62,581 bases of DNA. Source: Bacteroidales bacterium. Lineage in GTDB: Bacteria; Bacteroidota; Bacteroidia; Bacteroidales; GCA-2748055. Shown one piece after another: positions 19,823 through 28,750 of this stretch. Positions within the stretch are counted from its first letter, which is position 1, and each line of letters begins with the position of its first letter. A program made the translations under genes and the position numbers. The stretch lies in NCBI GenBank assembly GCA_040768485.1, contig JAXGMU010000002.1, forward strand, positions 106,285 to 168,865, given 5' to 3'. Under the pieces are notes generated by a model. The model worked only from the letters and a program-made list of their open reading frames with translations. It was not told the DNA's origin and made no database searches.

Positions 19823-22309
19823 CCTTACTACCGTAATCCCCGCCCCGCCCCGGTCCACATGTTCATCCCCGTACCACTCCACCATGTCCACCGTATGCAG
19901 GTACTCCCTGATCAGCTGGCGGAGGATCCCGTCGCCTTTTCCGTGGAGGATCCGGAGTTCTTTCGCGTTGACCATGATGGCCTCATCGATGAATGCCACC
20001 ACCGCTTCCAGGGCTGCATCCGCCCTTTTGCCGCGCAGGTCAATATCGGGACGGAAATGGATCCGCCTGGACCCCACATCCCAGTCGCCCAGGTTCACGG
20101 CGGACTGACCGCGGACCCGCAGCTTTTCCGCTTCCCCGGCCCCGACCTTCTCCATCTGGTCCATTTTCACGTTGCTCTTGAGCATCCCGAATGCCACCAC
20201 GGCCCCTTTTCCCCTGATTTCCAGCACCTCCCCCGCAGCTTCCTGTCCCACGATCCGGACCAGATCACCCTTGCGGATCTCCCTGTCCTCCTGCTCCCGC
20301 TGTTTCCGGCCCGTTGTCCGGGCCGCACGTTCCCTGATGTCGGGTCGTCTTCGTTCAAGCTCCGACGCCCGCTCCCGGATCTCTTCAATGCTTTTCTCCA
20401 TCTTCTGTTCCTCCACTCCCCTCTCCTGCTCCAGCCGGCTCCTGAATTCCTCCAGTTCCTTCCTCACCTCCTTCGTACGCTCTTTTTCCGCTTCCGCCTC
20501 CCTGATCTCCCTGATGGTCTGTTCGATCTTCCGGTTGGCGCCGCCCAGCATCTGGTCGGCTTTTTCCCTGGCCTCTTTCACGATGGCTTTCCGCTGCCTG
20601 TCGCTCTCCTGAAGTTCCTTTTCATACCGGGCCATCAGCTCCTCCAGCTTTTTTTCGGACTGCCGGATCTTTTTCCGCTTGCTCTCCCAGTACTGCTTGT
20701 CCCTTAAAATTTCCCTGAGGTGTTTATCGAAATCGATGTGGTCCTGTCCGACCTTCCCGGAGGCTTTGGCCAGCACATCTTCCGGGAGACCGATCTTGCG
20801 GGCGATCTCGAAGGCGAAGGAACTGCCGGGCTTTCCCACCTGGAGCCGGTAGAGGGGCTCCATCTTCTGGTTGTCAAACAGCATGGCACCGTTCACGATC
20901 CCCTCGGCCGAGGTGGCGTAATGTTTCAGGTTGGTATAGTGGGTCGTCATGATCCCGTGGGTACCCGAATGGTTCAGCTCCTCCAGGATCGACTCGGCGA
21001 TGGCCCCGCCCAGCATGGGCTCGGTGCCCGTTCCGAATTCATCGATCAGGATGAGCGTTCCCGGGGAGGCATTCCTGAGAAAATATTTCATATTCATCAG
21101 GTGGGAGCTGTAGGTGCTCAGATCGTTGTCGATGGACTGCTCGTCACCGATGTCGATGAAGATCCCACCGAAAAGGCCGAATACGGAATCCTCGCTGCAT
21201 GGGACCAGGAGCCCGCACTGCAGCATGTACTGCAGGAGCCCGATGGTTTTCAGGCAGACGGATTTCCCGCCGGCATTGGGACCCGAGATGAGCAGGATCC
21301 GGTGCTTTCCCCCCATCCTGAAGGTGAGGGGCACCACCTCCCTTTTTTCTGCCTGGAATGCCAGCCACAACAGGGGATGCCTGGCATCCCGCCAGTCAAA
21401 CACCGGTTCGTCCCTCACCTCCGGCAGCCGGGCTCCGATCCGCAATGCAAATAATGCCCTTGCCCTGATGAAATCAATTTCCGAAAGGAACTCCTGGGAT
21501 TCCAGCAGCTCCGGAATGTATGGCCGGATATCATCGGTGAGCTGGCGCAGGATCCTGATGATTTCCCTCCGTTCCGCATACTCCAGTTCCCGGATCTCGT
21601 TGGACAGCTCCACCACTTCATCCGGTTCGATGAACACGGTCCTCCCGCTGGCCGACTCATCATGGATCATTCCCCTCAGCATTCTTTTGTTCGCGACGGT
21701 CACCGGGATCACGGGCCGGCCGTTCCGGAAGGTTGGAGCGGCATCCTGGTCCACCCATCCTTCCCGCTGCGCCCTGCCGAGCACCTGGTTCAGCTTTTTC
21801 GATACGGCTCCCTGCAGTTCCTGCTGGCTGCGCCTGATCCGGAGCAGTTCCTGGGAGGCATTGTCGCGGATGTTCCCGTGTTTGTTCAGGACCTTCTGGA
21901 TCCGTTCGCTGACAAAGGGAAAGACTTTGACGGGCCGGCACAGGTCACCCAGGCAGGGATATTTTTCTTCTTCATCCGAACGGAAGAAGTGAAGAATGGC
22001 TTTGATGGAGTCCAGGGTCCGGGAAAGCGCGAACACCTCCTCGGCAAGCAGGTAGGTCCCTTCCACCTGCGCCTTGTTCAGTGGTTCCCTGTTGTCCATG
22101 AAGTGCTGGAGGGGAAACTCCTCTTCCTGCTGACAGATCTCCCTGAATTCGGCCGTCCGCTTCAGCTCCTGCTCCACATCCCCGAAAACGGTCATGAAAC
22201 CCATGGCATCCACCCGCTCCTGTCCCGGCTCAAACAGGCAGTGGGACTTGATCAGTTCACGGATCCTGTCGAATTCAATTTTCTCCTCGAATTGCTTCGG
22301 ATAGATCAA
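19805..22309 (-). CDS. mutS2: Endonuclease MutS2 (Smr domain)
   Basis: HDESASGRT, GPNAGGKS, DIGDEQSI, IDEFGTGTEP, coiled coil, Smr IDLRG...ILHGKGDG. Confidence 0.96.
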   Translation of the reverse strand: MIYPKQFEEKIEFDRIRELIKSHCLFEPGQERVDAMGFMTVFGDVEQELKRTAEFREICQQEEEFPLQHFMDNREPLNKAQVEGTYLLAEEVFALSRTLDSIKAILHFFRSDEEEKYPCLGDLCRPVKVFPFVSERIQKVLNKHGNIRDNASQELLRIRRSQQELQGAVSKKLNQVLGRAQREGWVDQDAAPTFRNGRPVIPVTVANKRMLRGMIHDESASGRTVFIEPDEVVELSNEIRELEYAERREIIRILRQLTDDIRPYIPELLESQEFLSEIDFIRARALFALRIGARLPEVRDEPVFDWRDARHPLLWLAFQAEKREVVPLTFRMGGKHRILLISGPNAGGKSVCLKTIGLLQYMLQCGLLVPCSEDSVFGLFGGIFIDIGDEQSIDNDLSTYSSHLMNMKYFLRNASPGTLILIDEFGTGTEPMLGGAIAESILEELNHSGTHGIMTTHYTNLKHYATSAEGIVNGAMLFDNQKMEPLYRLQVGKPGSSFAFEIARKIGLPEDVLAKASGKVGQDHIDFDKHLREILRDKQYWESKRKKIRQSEKKLEELMARYEKELQESDRQRKAIVKEAREKADQMLGGANRKIEQTIREIREAEAEKERTKEVRKELEEFRSRLEQERGVEEQKMEKSIEEIRERASELERRRPDIRERAARTTGRKQREQEDREIRKGDLVRIVGQEAAGEVLEIRGKGAVVAFGMLKSNVKMDQMEKVGAGEAEKLRVRGQSAVNLGDWDVGSRRIHFRPDIDLRGKRADAALEAVVAFIDEAIMVNAKELRILHGKGDGILRQLIREYLHTVDMVEWYGDEHVDRGGAGITVVRLVESL

Positions 22310-22326
22310 GACAATCAGCTTTACGC

Positions 22327-22334
22327 CAAAAGTA
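22327..22334 (-). promoter_or_regulatory. -7 element TACTTTTG for mutS2
   Basis: TAnnTTTG match 17 bp upstream of the start. Confidence 0.55.
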
Positions 22335-22345
22335 AGAAAAAGGAG

Positions 22346-23347
22346 CTAGACCACCTCGATCCATTCTCCCTTTGCGGCGGATGCAAAGATGGCGGTAAGG
22401 ACCCGGGTGTTTGCCAGTCCATCCTCCAGGGGAACGGGTACCTCCGTATCTTCCAGGATCGCCCTGGAGAAGGCACCCCCCATCAGCCGGTACTGGTCCG
22501 CCACGGGAAAGGATTTGATCCGGATCTCGTCCAGCAGGATGCTTCCCCTGTCATGGGCAACAGTACAGGGACGGTCGCCTGGTGCGTTGAAGGGGATGTG
22601 CACTTCCAGATGCCCTTCGGTCCCGAAGAGATGCATCCGCTGGTAGGGAACCAGCTGCGTGCTGACAGCAAACTGGGCCTGGCCGGAAGGGAATTCCATG
22701 ATCACGCTTCCCAGCCGGTCGGTCCCCATCTCCGGATCGAACTCCAGGAGGGCGATCACCCTGAGCGGCTCCTCTTCGAAAATATAGCGGGACATGGTCA
22801 CCGGATAACAGCCGATGTCCAGGATCCCCCCTCCCCCCAGTTCCCGGATGTTCCTGATGTTGGAAGGGTCCGGATTGTGATAGCTGAACATTCCCTGGAT
22901 AAGCCTCAGCCTCCCGATCTCCCCCTTTCTCACCCGCTCCCTGGTACCGGTCCACTGCGGATTTGACTTCACCATAAATGCCTCACCGGCCTTCACCCCG
23001 CAGCGGTCCCTTACCCGGATCATCTCTTCGGCCTCTTCCACAGTCATGGCCAGCGGTTTCTCGCAGAGCACATGCTTGCCCGCCTCCATGGCCTTCACGG
23101 TCCACTCCGCGTGCATGGTATTGGGGAGGGGATTGTACACCGCATCGATGGCAGGATCATCCAGGAGTTCTTCATATGAACCGTATGCCTTTTTGATCCC
23201 CAGCCGGACTGCTGTCTCTTCGGCGTTTGGCAGGGACCGGGAGGCGATGGCGGCCACCTCGCTGTATTGCCCGTTCTGCATGGCCGGGATCACATGTTCG
23301 ATCCCGATCTTTGCCGTGCTGATGATACCCCATTGAATCTTTTCCAT
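22346..23347 (-). CDS. Gfo/Idh/MocA family oxidoreductase
   Basis: WGIISTAKIG, YNPLPN..H, HVLCEKP, GGGILDIGCY. Confidence 0.93.
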   Translation of the reverse strand: MEKIQWGIISTAKIGIEHVIPAMQNGQYSEVAAIASRSLPNAEETAVRLGIKKAYGSYEELLDDPAIDAVYNPLPNTMHAEWTVKAMEAGKHVLCEKPLAMTVEEAEEMIRVRDRCGVKAGEAFMVKSNPQWTGTRERVRKGEIGRLRLIQGMFSYHNPDPSNIRNIRELGGGGILDIGCYPVTMSRYIFEEEPLRVIALLEFDPEMGTDRLGSVIMEFPSGQAQFAVSTQLVPYQRMHLFGTEGHLEVHIPFNAPGDRPCTVAHDRGSILLDEIRIKSFPVADQYRLMGGAFSRAILEDTEVPVPLEDGLANTRVLTAIFASAAKGEWIEVV

Positions 23348-23372
23348 GGATGAAGCTCCCGATTGTTCCGGT

Positions 23373-23380
23373 CAAAATTA
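23373..23380 (-). promoter_or_regulatory. -7 element TAATTTTG in the divergent oxidoreductase promoter region
   Basis: TAnnTTTG match. Confidence 0.5.
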
Positions 23381-23427
23381 AAAAAAGCGTTAGTTTTATG
23401 TAGTCAATCATAAACAGAAATCCAGCA

Positions 23428-24579
23428 ATGATACAAAGGAAAATACGCATGGGAATGGTGGGAGGCGGACCCGGTTCATTCATCGGTCGCGTCCATTACA
23501 TGGCAGCCGTCATGGACGGACAGGCGGACCTGGTATGCGGCTCATTCAGTTCGGACCCTGCAAAATCGAAGATCACGGGAAAGGAATACTACCTGCCTGC
23601 CCACCGGGTGTATGACACTTTCCAGGAAATGATCAGGGAAGAAGCAAAACTGCCGGAAGGGGAACGGATGGACTTCCTCTCCATCGTCACCCCCAACCAC
23701 CTCCATTTCCAGCCGGCCAAGCTGGCCATGGAAAATGGTTTTCACGTGGTGTGCGACAAGCCCCTGGCCCTGGACTCGGACGAGGCGGAAGTGATGGTGC
23801 GGATCAAGGAAGAGACGGGAATGCTGTTTGCCCTGACCCACACCTACTCCGGGTATCCCATGGTCAAGGAGGCCAGGGAGGTGGTGCGGAGCGGTGCGCT
23901 GGGAAAGATCAGGAAAGTGGTGGTGGAATACCCCCAGGGCTGGCTCAGCGAGCCCCTGGAGAAGACCGGCCATGTGCAGGCTTCCTGGCGGGGGGATCCG
24001 GAGAGGTCGGGGAAGACATGCTGTGTGGGAGATATCGGCACCCATGCGTTCCACCTGGCCGAATATGTGACGGAGATGAAGGTGACATCGCTGCTGGCCG
24101 ATCTCAGCACGCTTGTCCCCGGACGGATCCTGGACGACGACGCCAATATGCTGCTCCATTTTGACACCGGGGCACGCGGTGTGCTCTATGCGAGTCAGAT
24201 CTCCGCCGGGGAGGAGAATGCGATCAAACTGCGGGTGTACGGCGAAAAGGGAGGGCTTGAATGGAGCCAGATGGAGCCCAATACCCTGGTCATCCGCTGG
24301 CTGTACAAACCCATCGAGGTAAGGAGGACGGGCACCCCCTTTGTCAGTCCCCTCGCCACCTACAATACACGGGTACCCGCCGGTCATCCCGAAGGATACC
24401 TGGAAGCATTCGCCAACATCTACCGGAATGCGGTCAGCTGCATGAAGCACCTGATGGAGGGGACCGAGCCGCCCGATGCGGTGCTGGATTTCCCCACCAT
24501 TTACGACGGACTCAGGGGCATGCATTTTGTGGATGCGGCCGTGGAAAGTTCAAAGACCAGATCCTGGATCCCACTGTAA
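23428..24579 (+). CDS. Gfo/Idh/MocA family oxidoreductase
   Basis: GMVGGGPGSFIG, VTPNHLH, VVCDKP, GDIGTHA, PAGHPEGYLEAFAN. Confidence 0.93.
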   Translation: MIQRKIRMGMVGGGPGSFIGRVHYMAAVMDGQADLVCGSFSSDPAKSKITGKEYYLPAHRVYDTFQEMIREEAKLPEGERMDFLSIVTPNHLHFQPAKLAMENGFHVVCDKPLALDSDEAEVMVRIKEETGMLFALTHTYSGYPMVKEAREVVRSGALGKIRKVVVEYPQGWLSEPLEKTGHVQASWRGDPERSGKTCCVGDIGTHAFHLAEYVTEMKVTSLLADLSTLVPGRILDDDANMLLHFDTGARGVLYASQISAGEENAIKLRVYGEKGGLEWSQMEPNTLVIRWLYKPIEVRRTGTPFVSPLATYNTRVPAGHPEGYLEAFANIYRNAVSCMKHLMEGTEPPDAVLDFPTIYDGLRGMHFVDAAVESSKTRSWIPL

Positions 24580-24597
24580 ATCAACACAACTAAACAG

Positions 24598-27500
24598 ATG
24601 AGAAAACATTTTACAGTCATTCTGCTGCTCCTTGCCTGCGGAATGTTCGCCCAGGATTTTGACAGGGCCCTGATGGACAGCCTTTTTTCTCACATCGACA
24701 TGCATGACCAGGGGATGGGCAGCATTTCCGTTTTCAGGGACGGGACGGAGGTGTACGGGAGGGCAACCGGATATGCCAGCCTGGAAGAAGGACTGAAAGC
24801 CGACCGGAATACGATCTACCGGGTGGGATCTGTATCCAAGATGTTCACCGCCACCATCATCATGAGGCTCATCGGGGAGGGGAAACTGACCCCGGACACT
24901 AAGCTGGGGGAATATTTTCCGGAAATCGGCAACGCGGACCGGATCACCGTGATGCACCTGCTGAGGCACCGGAGCGGGATCTTCAATTTCACCGATGCGG
25001 AAGATTACCATGAATGGATGGAGCAACCCGTCAGCAGGGAGGAGCTAGTCCGGCGGATCAGTGAATACGGAACCGTATTCGAACCCGGGGAGAAAGCAGA
25101 ATACTCCAATTCCAATTATGTATTGCTCTCCCTCATTGCCGAGAAGACCGAAGGCAAAGATTTTCAGGATATCCTGGAGGAACATATCACGGGGCCCTGC
25201 GAACTGCGAAATACCCGCATGGGCGGTCGGATCAGCCCGGACGATCATGAAGCCCTGTCATACAGCCGGATCGGGGAGTGGAAAACTGCCACCGAAACCC
25301 ACATGAGTGTTCCGCTGGGGGCCGGTGCCGTCGTTTCCACGCCGGCGGATTTGAACCGTTTCCTTCACTGCCTTTTCAGGGGGAACCTGGTTGCCCAGAG
25401 CACGCTGGATGAAATGATGCAGATGGAGGAGAATTTCGGGATCGGGATGCTCCGCTTCCCCTTTTACGGGAAAAGTGCCTACGGCCATACGGGCGGCATT
25501 GACGGGTTCCAGTCCGTCGTCGCCTTTTTTCCCGAAGAGAATATGTCCATTGCATATCTGTCGAACGGGGTGGTCATGTCCGTGAACGAGATCCTGATCG
25601 GCGCCCTGAGCATCTTTTTCGGAAGGGATTACGCCTTCCCGGTCTTTACGAAAGCCATTGATCTGGAGCCCGGAGCGCTGAAAAAATATACGGGTGTGTA
25701 CAGCAGTCCGGATTTTCCGTTCGAGCTGTCCGTCACCATTCATGACGGCGTGCTTACAGGCCAGGCCACGGGCCAGCCTTCCTTCCCCCTGGAAGCATAC
25801 GAGCCGCATAAATTCCGGTTCGACCAGGCGGGATTGAAGCTGGAATTCTTCCCCGGTGAAGACAAAATGATCCTGAGGCAGGCCGGGATGGAATTTACCC
25901 TGACCAGGGAACCGGTAAAGGAACAGGAACATATCGGTTACCAGAATCCCCCGCAGGAGATCCTGGAACTGGTGGATGTGCAGCCCCCTCCCTCGGTGCT
26001 CATGGACGGTGACCGGTCGCATCTGGTGTTGCTATACCGGGACGCTTTCAAATCAATTGAAGAATTGTCACGGGAGGAGATGAGGCTGGCAGGGCTGCGG
26101 ATCGATCCCACAACAAACATCGGAAGCAGGGTCACCTATTACAACAATATCCGGATCAGGGACCTGGCGATGGAGGATCCGGAAGCGAAAGCGGTCAGAG
26201 GACTGCCCGGGAATCCCTGCCTGGCCAATTTCAGCTGGTCGCCCGATCAGAAAAAGATCGCATTCACGCATACTGCCCGGGATGGGGTGGAAGTGTGGGT
26301 GGTCGACCTGGCAGGTGCAACCGCAACCCGGCTCAGCGGAGCCGGGGCCAATGCGGCACTGGGGGATGCAATAAGCTGGTTCGGGGACAGTGAATCTTTG
26401 CTGGTGAAAATGGTCCCGGCTGAAAGGAAGCCCCTGATCGATGAAGAAAATGTGGTCCCGGCGGGACCTGTCATTTCAGTGAGTGAGGGGCAAAAGGCCC
26501 AGAACAGAACCTACCAGGACCTCCTCAAAAACAGGAACGACGAACACAACTTTGAACAGCTGGCCCTGTCCGAACTCTGGAAAGTATCAACTGCCGGAAA
26601 CAGTGAACCCTGGCTCGGCACTGCCATGTATGATGAGATCAGTTTTTCGCCCGACGGAAATTACGTCATGATCAGTACGGTGGAAAAGCCGTTTTCCTAC
26701 CTGGTGCCCTACAACCGTTTTCCTTCCAGGACAACCATTTACACTTCGGAGGGCGGTGTTGTGGAAACAGTTCTGGAGGTTCCCCTTCTGGAGGTCCTTC
26801 CAAAGGGATTCATGGCCGTCAAGAAAGGAAGAAGGAATCTCAGCTGGCGAAGTGACAGGCCATCGACCCTTGTTTTCGCGGAAGCTCTGGATGAAGGTGA
26901 TCCGGAAATCCAGGCCGAGTTCCGGGATGCCGTGTTCCAGCTGGAAGCCCCCTTTAAAGGCGAGCCCAGGGAGATCCTTAAAACGGTCAACCGGTTCTCC
27001 GGGATCCGGTGGGGCAGTGACCGGCTGGCCATCGCTACCGACTACTGGTGGAACACAAGGAACACAAAAACCTACGTTTTCAATCCTTCGGATCCGTCGG
27101 CCGGCCCTGTGATCATTGACGACAGGAATTACCAGGACCGGTACAGCGATCCCGGCGATTTTGTCACCCGCATAAATGAATACGGAAGGGATGTCCTCGC
27201 CCTTGTTGGTAACAATGCTTTTCTGATCGGGTCCGGTTTTTCCCCGGAGGGACAGTTTCCCTTCCTGGATCTGATCAATCTGAAAAACCTGAAGAAAAAA
27301 CGCCTCTACCGCTCTGAATACACAGACAAACTGGAAGATCTGAGGGACTACGATCCGGAGAAGGACCGGCTGCTGGTGCGGATCGAGTCGCCCGCCGAAT
27401 ACCCCAATTATTTCTTCCGGAACCTGAAACAGGATCGTCTGGAGCAGATCACATTTTTCGAGAATCCTTTCAAAAGTATCCGGGATGCCCGCAAGGAAGT

Positions 27501-28281
27501 GATCACATACCAGCGGGAAGACGGACTTGAACTGTCTGCCACACTGTATCTTCCACCGGATTATGACATCGACAAAAGGGAGAAACTTCCAATGATCCTG
27601 TGGGCCTATCCAACCGAATACAAGGATAGATCGAGCGCCGCACAGAACACGCAGAATCCGAACAGTTTCACCTACCCCTCCTGGTCTTCACCCATCCACT
27701 GGATCACCAGGGATTATGCGGTCCTGGATGATGCAGCTTTCCCCATTGTGGGTGAAGGGGATACGGAACCCAACGATTCCTTCCGCAAACAGCTTGTCGC
27801 CAATGCCGGGGCTGCGATCGACGCGGTGGATGCAATGGGATATATCGACCGGGAACGGGTGGGAGTGGGTGGACACAGCTACGGCGCCTTCATGGTGGCC
27901 AACCTGCTGTCGCATTCCGATCTTTTTGCAGCCGGTATAGCCAGAAGCGGTGCGTATAACAGAAGCCTCACCCCATTCGGTTTCCAGAGCGAGGAACGAA
28001 CCTATTGGGAAGCCCCGGATGTGTACTACGGCATGTCCCCCTTCATGCATGCCGATAAAATGAAAACCCCGCTGTTGCTGATCCACGGGGAGGCTGACAA
28101 CAACTCGGGGACCTACCCCATGCAGAGCACCCGCTATTTCAATGCACTGAAAGGATTGGGGGCCACTGTCAGGCTGGTGATCCTGCCGAAAGAAAGTCAC
28201 AGCTACCGGGCGAAAGAGAGCATTCTTCACATGCTCTGGGAACAGGACCAATGGCTTGAGAAATATGTAAAAAGCCGGTAA
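24598..28281 (+). CDS. Fusion: beta-lactamase-fold serine hydrolase (S12-like) + S9 prolyl-oligopeptidase-family peptidase
   Basis: N-half: signal peptide, SVSK (SxxK), YSN, HTG. C-half: beta-propeller, GGHSYG, EADNNSG, ESHSY. Confidence 0.88.
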   Translation: MRKHFTVILLLLACGMFAQDFDRALMDSLFSHIDMHDQGMGSISVFRDGTEVYGRATGYASLEEGLKADRNTIYRVGSVSKMFTATIIMRLIGEGKLTPDTKLGEYFPEIGNADRITVMHLLRHRSGIFNFTDAEDYHEWMEQPVSREELVRRISEYGTVFEPGEKAEYSNSNYVLLSLIAEKTEGKDFQDILEEHITGPCELRNTRMGGRISPDDHEALSYSRIGEWKTATETHMSVPLGAGAVVSTPADLNRFLHCLFRGNLVAQSTLDEMMQMEENFGIGMLRFPFYGKSAYGHTGGIDGFQSVVAFFPEENMSIAYLSNGVVMSVNEILIGALSIFFGRDYAFPVFTKAIDLEPGALKKYTGVYSSPDFPFELSVTIHDGVLTGQATGQPSFPLEAYEPHKFRFDQAGLKLEFFPGEDKMILRQAGMEFTLTREPVKEQEHIGYQNPPQEILELVDVQPPPSVLMDGDRSHLVLLYRDAFKSIEELSREEMRLAGLRIDPTTNIGSRVTYYNNIRIRDLAMEDPEAKAVRGLPGNPCLANFSWSPDQKKIAFTHTARDGVEVWVVDLAGATATRLSGAGANAALGDAISWFGDSESLLVKMVPAERKPLIDEENVVPAGPVISVSEGQKAQNRTYQDLLKNRNDEHNFEQLALSELWKVSTAGNSEPWLGTAMYDEISFSPDGNYVMISTVEKPFSYLVPYNRFPSRTTIYTSEGGVVETVLEVPLLEVLPKGFMAVKKGRRNLSWRSDRPSTLVFAEALDEGDPEIQAEFRDAVFQLEAPFKGEPREILKTVNRFSGIRWGSDRLAIATDYWWNTRNTKTYVFNPSDPSAGPVIIDDRNYQDRYSDPGDFVTRINEYGRDVLALVGNNAFLIGSGFSPEGQFPFLDLINLKNLKKKRLYRSEYTDKLEDLRDYDPEKDRLLVRIESPAEYPNYFFRNLKQDRLEQITFFENPFKSIRDARKEVITYQREDGLELSATLYLPPDYDIDKREKLPMILWAYPTEYKDRSSAAQNTQNPNSFTYPSWSSPIHWITRDYAVLDDAAFPIVGEGDTEPNDSFRKQLVANAGAAIDAVDAMGYIDRERVGVGGHSYGAFMVANLLSHSDLFAAGIARSGAYNRSLTPFGFQSEERTYWEAPDVYYGMSPFMHADKMKTPLLLIHGEADNNSGTYPMQSTRYFNALKGLGATVRLVILPKESHSYRAKESILHMLWEQDQWLEKYVKSR

Positions 28282-28337
28282 ATCTGCTTTAAATGCAATT
28301 TTCGTAACAAAAAATTAGCATTTTACGTAAGAATTAT

Positions 28338-28345
28338 TAGCTTTG
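28338..28345 (+). promoter_or_regulatory. -7 element TAGCTTTG for the DgkA-like gene
   Basis: TAnnTTTG match 21 bp upstream of ATG 28367. Confidence 0.5.
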
Positions 28346-28366
28346 GTCAAAATATTACCCTTAGCC

Positions 28367-28750
28367 ATGGATTTCAGCCAGACAGATTACGCCCTTGAGG
28401 CCAGGACCGGTATCCTCCAGAACATTCTGAGCGCCCTTCGCAAGGTATTTGTTTTTGATCCCGGACTGACCGCACAGCTGATGCTGACAATCCCCATCAT
28501 TGCAGGGGGCATCGTCCTCCATCTGAATGCCGTACAGTGGCTGCTTGTCATTTTCGTCACCCTGCTTTTCCTGGTAGCCGGCATCTTCAGGACCGCCGCC
28601 ATGCTGCAGATGCGTCAGGACAGCTCCATTACACCGTTCCATGCCACCAGGATCAGGCTGATGGGCAACTCCCTGGTGGTAATCACGGCAGGATTGTCGC
28701 TCTTTACCTACCTGCTGGTCTTCATTCCCAGGATCCTGGTAATGCTTTAA
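28367..28750 (+). CDS. Three-TM membrane protein resembling prokaryotic diacylglycerol/undecaprenol kinase, catalytic residues absent
   Basis: 127 aa, N-terminal amphipathic helix plus 3 TM segments, W in LNAVQW and C-terminal VFIPRI match DgkA-family spacing; no E-x-x-N-x-A-x-E or KD motif. Confidence 0.55.
   Translation: MDFSQTDYALEARTGILQNILSALRKVFVFDPGLTAQLMLTIPIIAGGIVLHLNAVQWLLVIFVTLLFLVAGIFRTAAMLQMRQDSSITPFHATRIRLMGNSLVVITAGLSLFTYLLVFIPRILVML

Noticed and set aside
24598-25900. Antibiotic-resistance beta-lactamase
   Set aside because: SxxK/YxN/HTG plus a C-terminal accessory domain fit S12-type peptidases/esterases; there is no evidence of a true AmpC or a mobile context.
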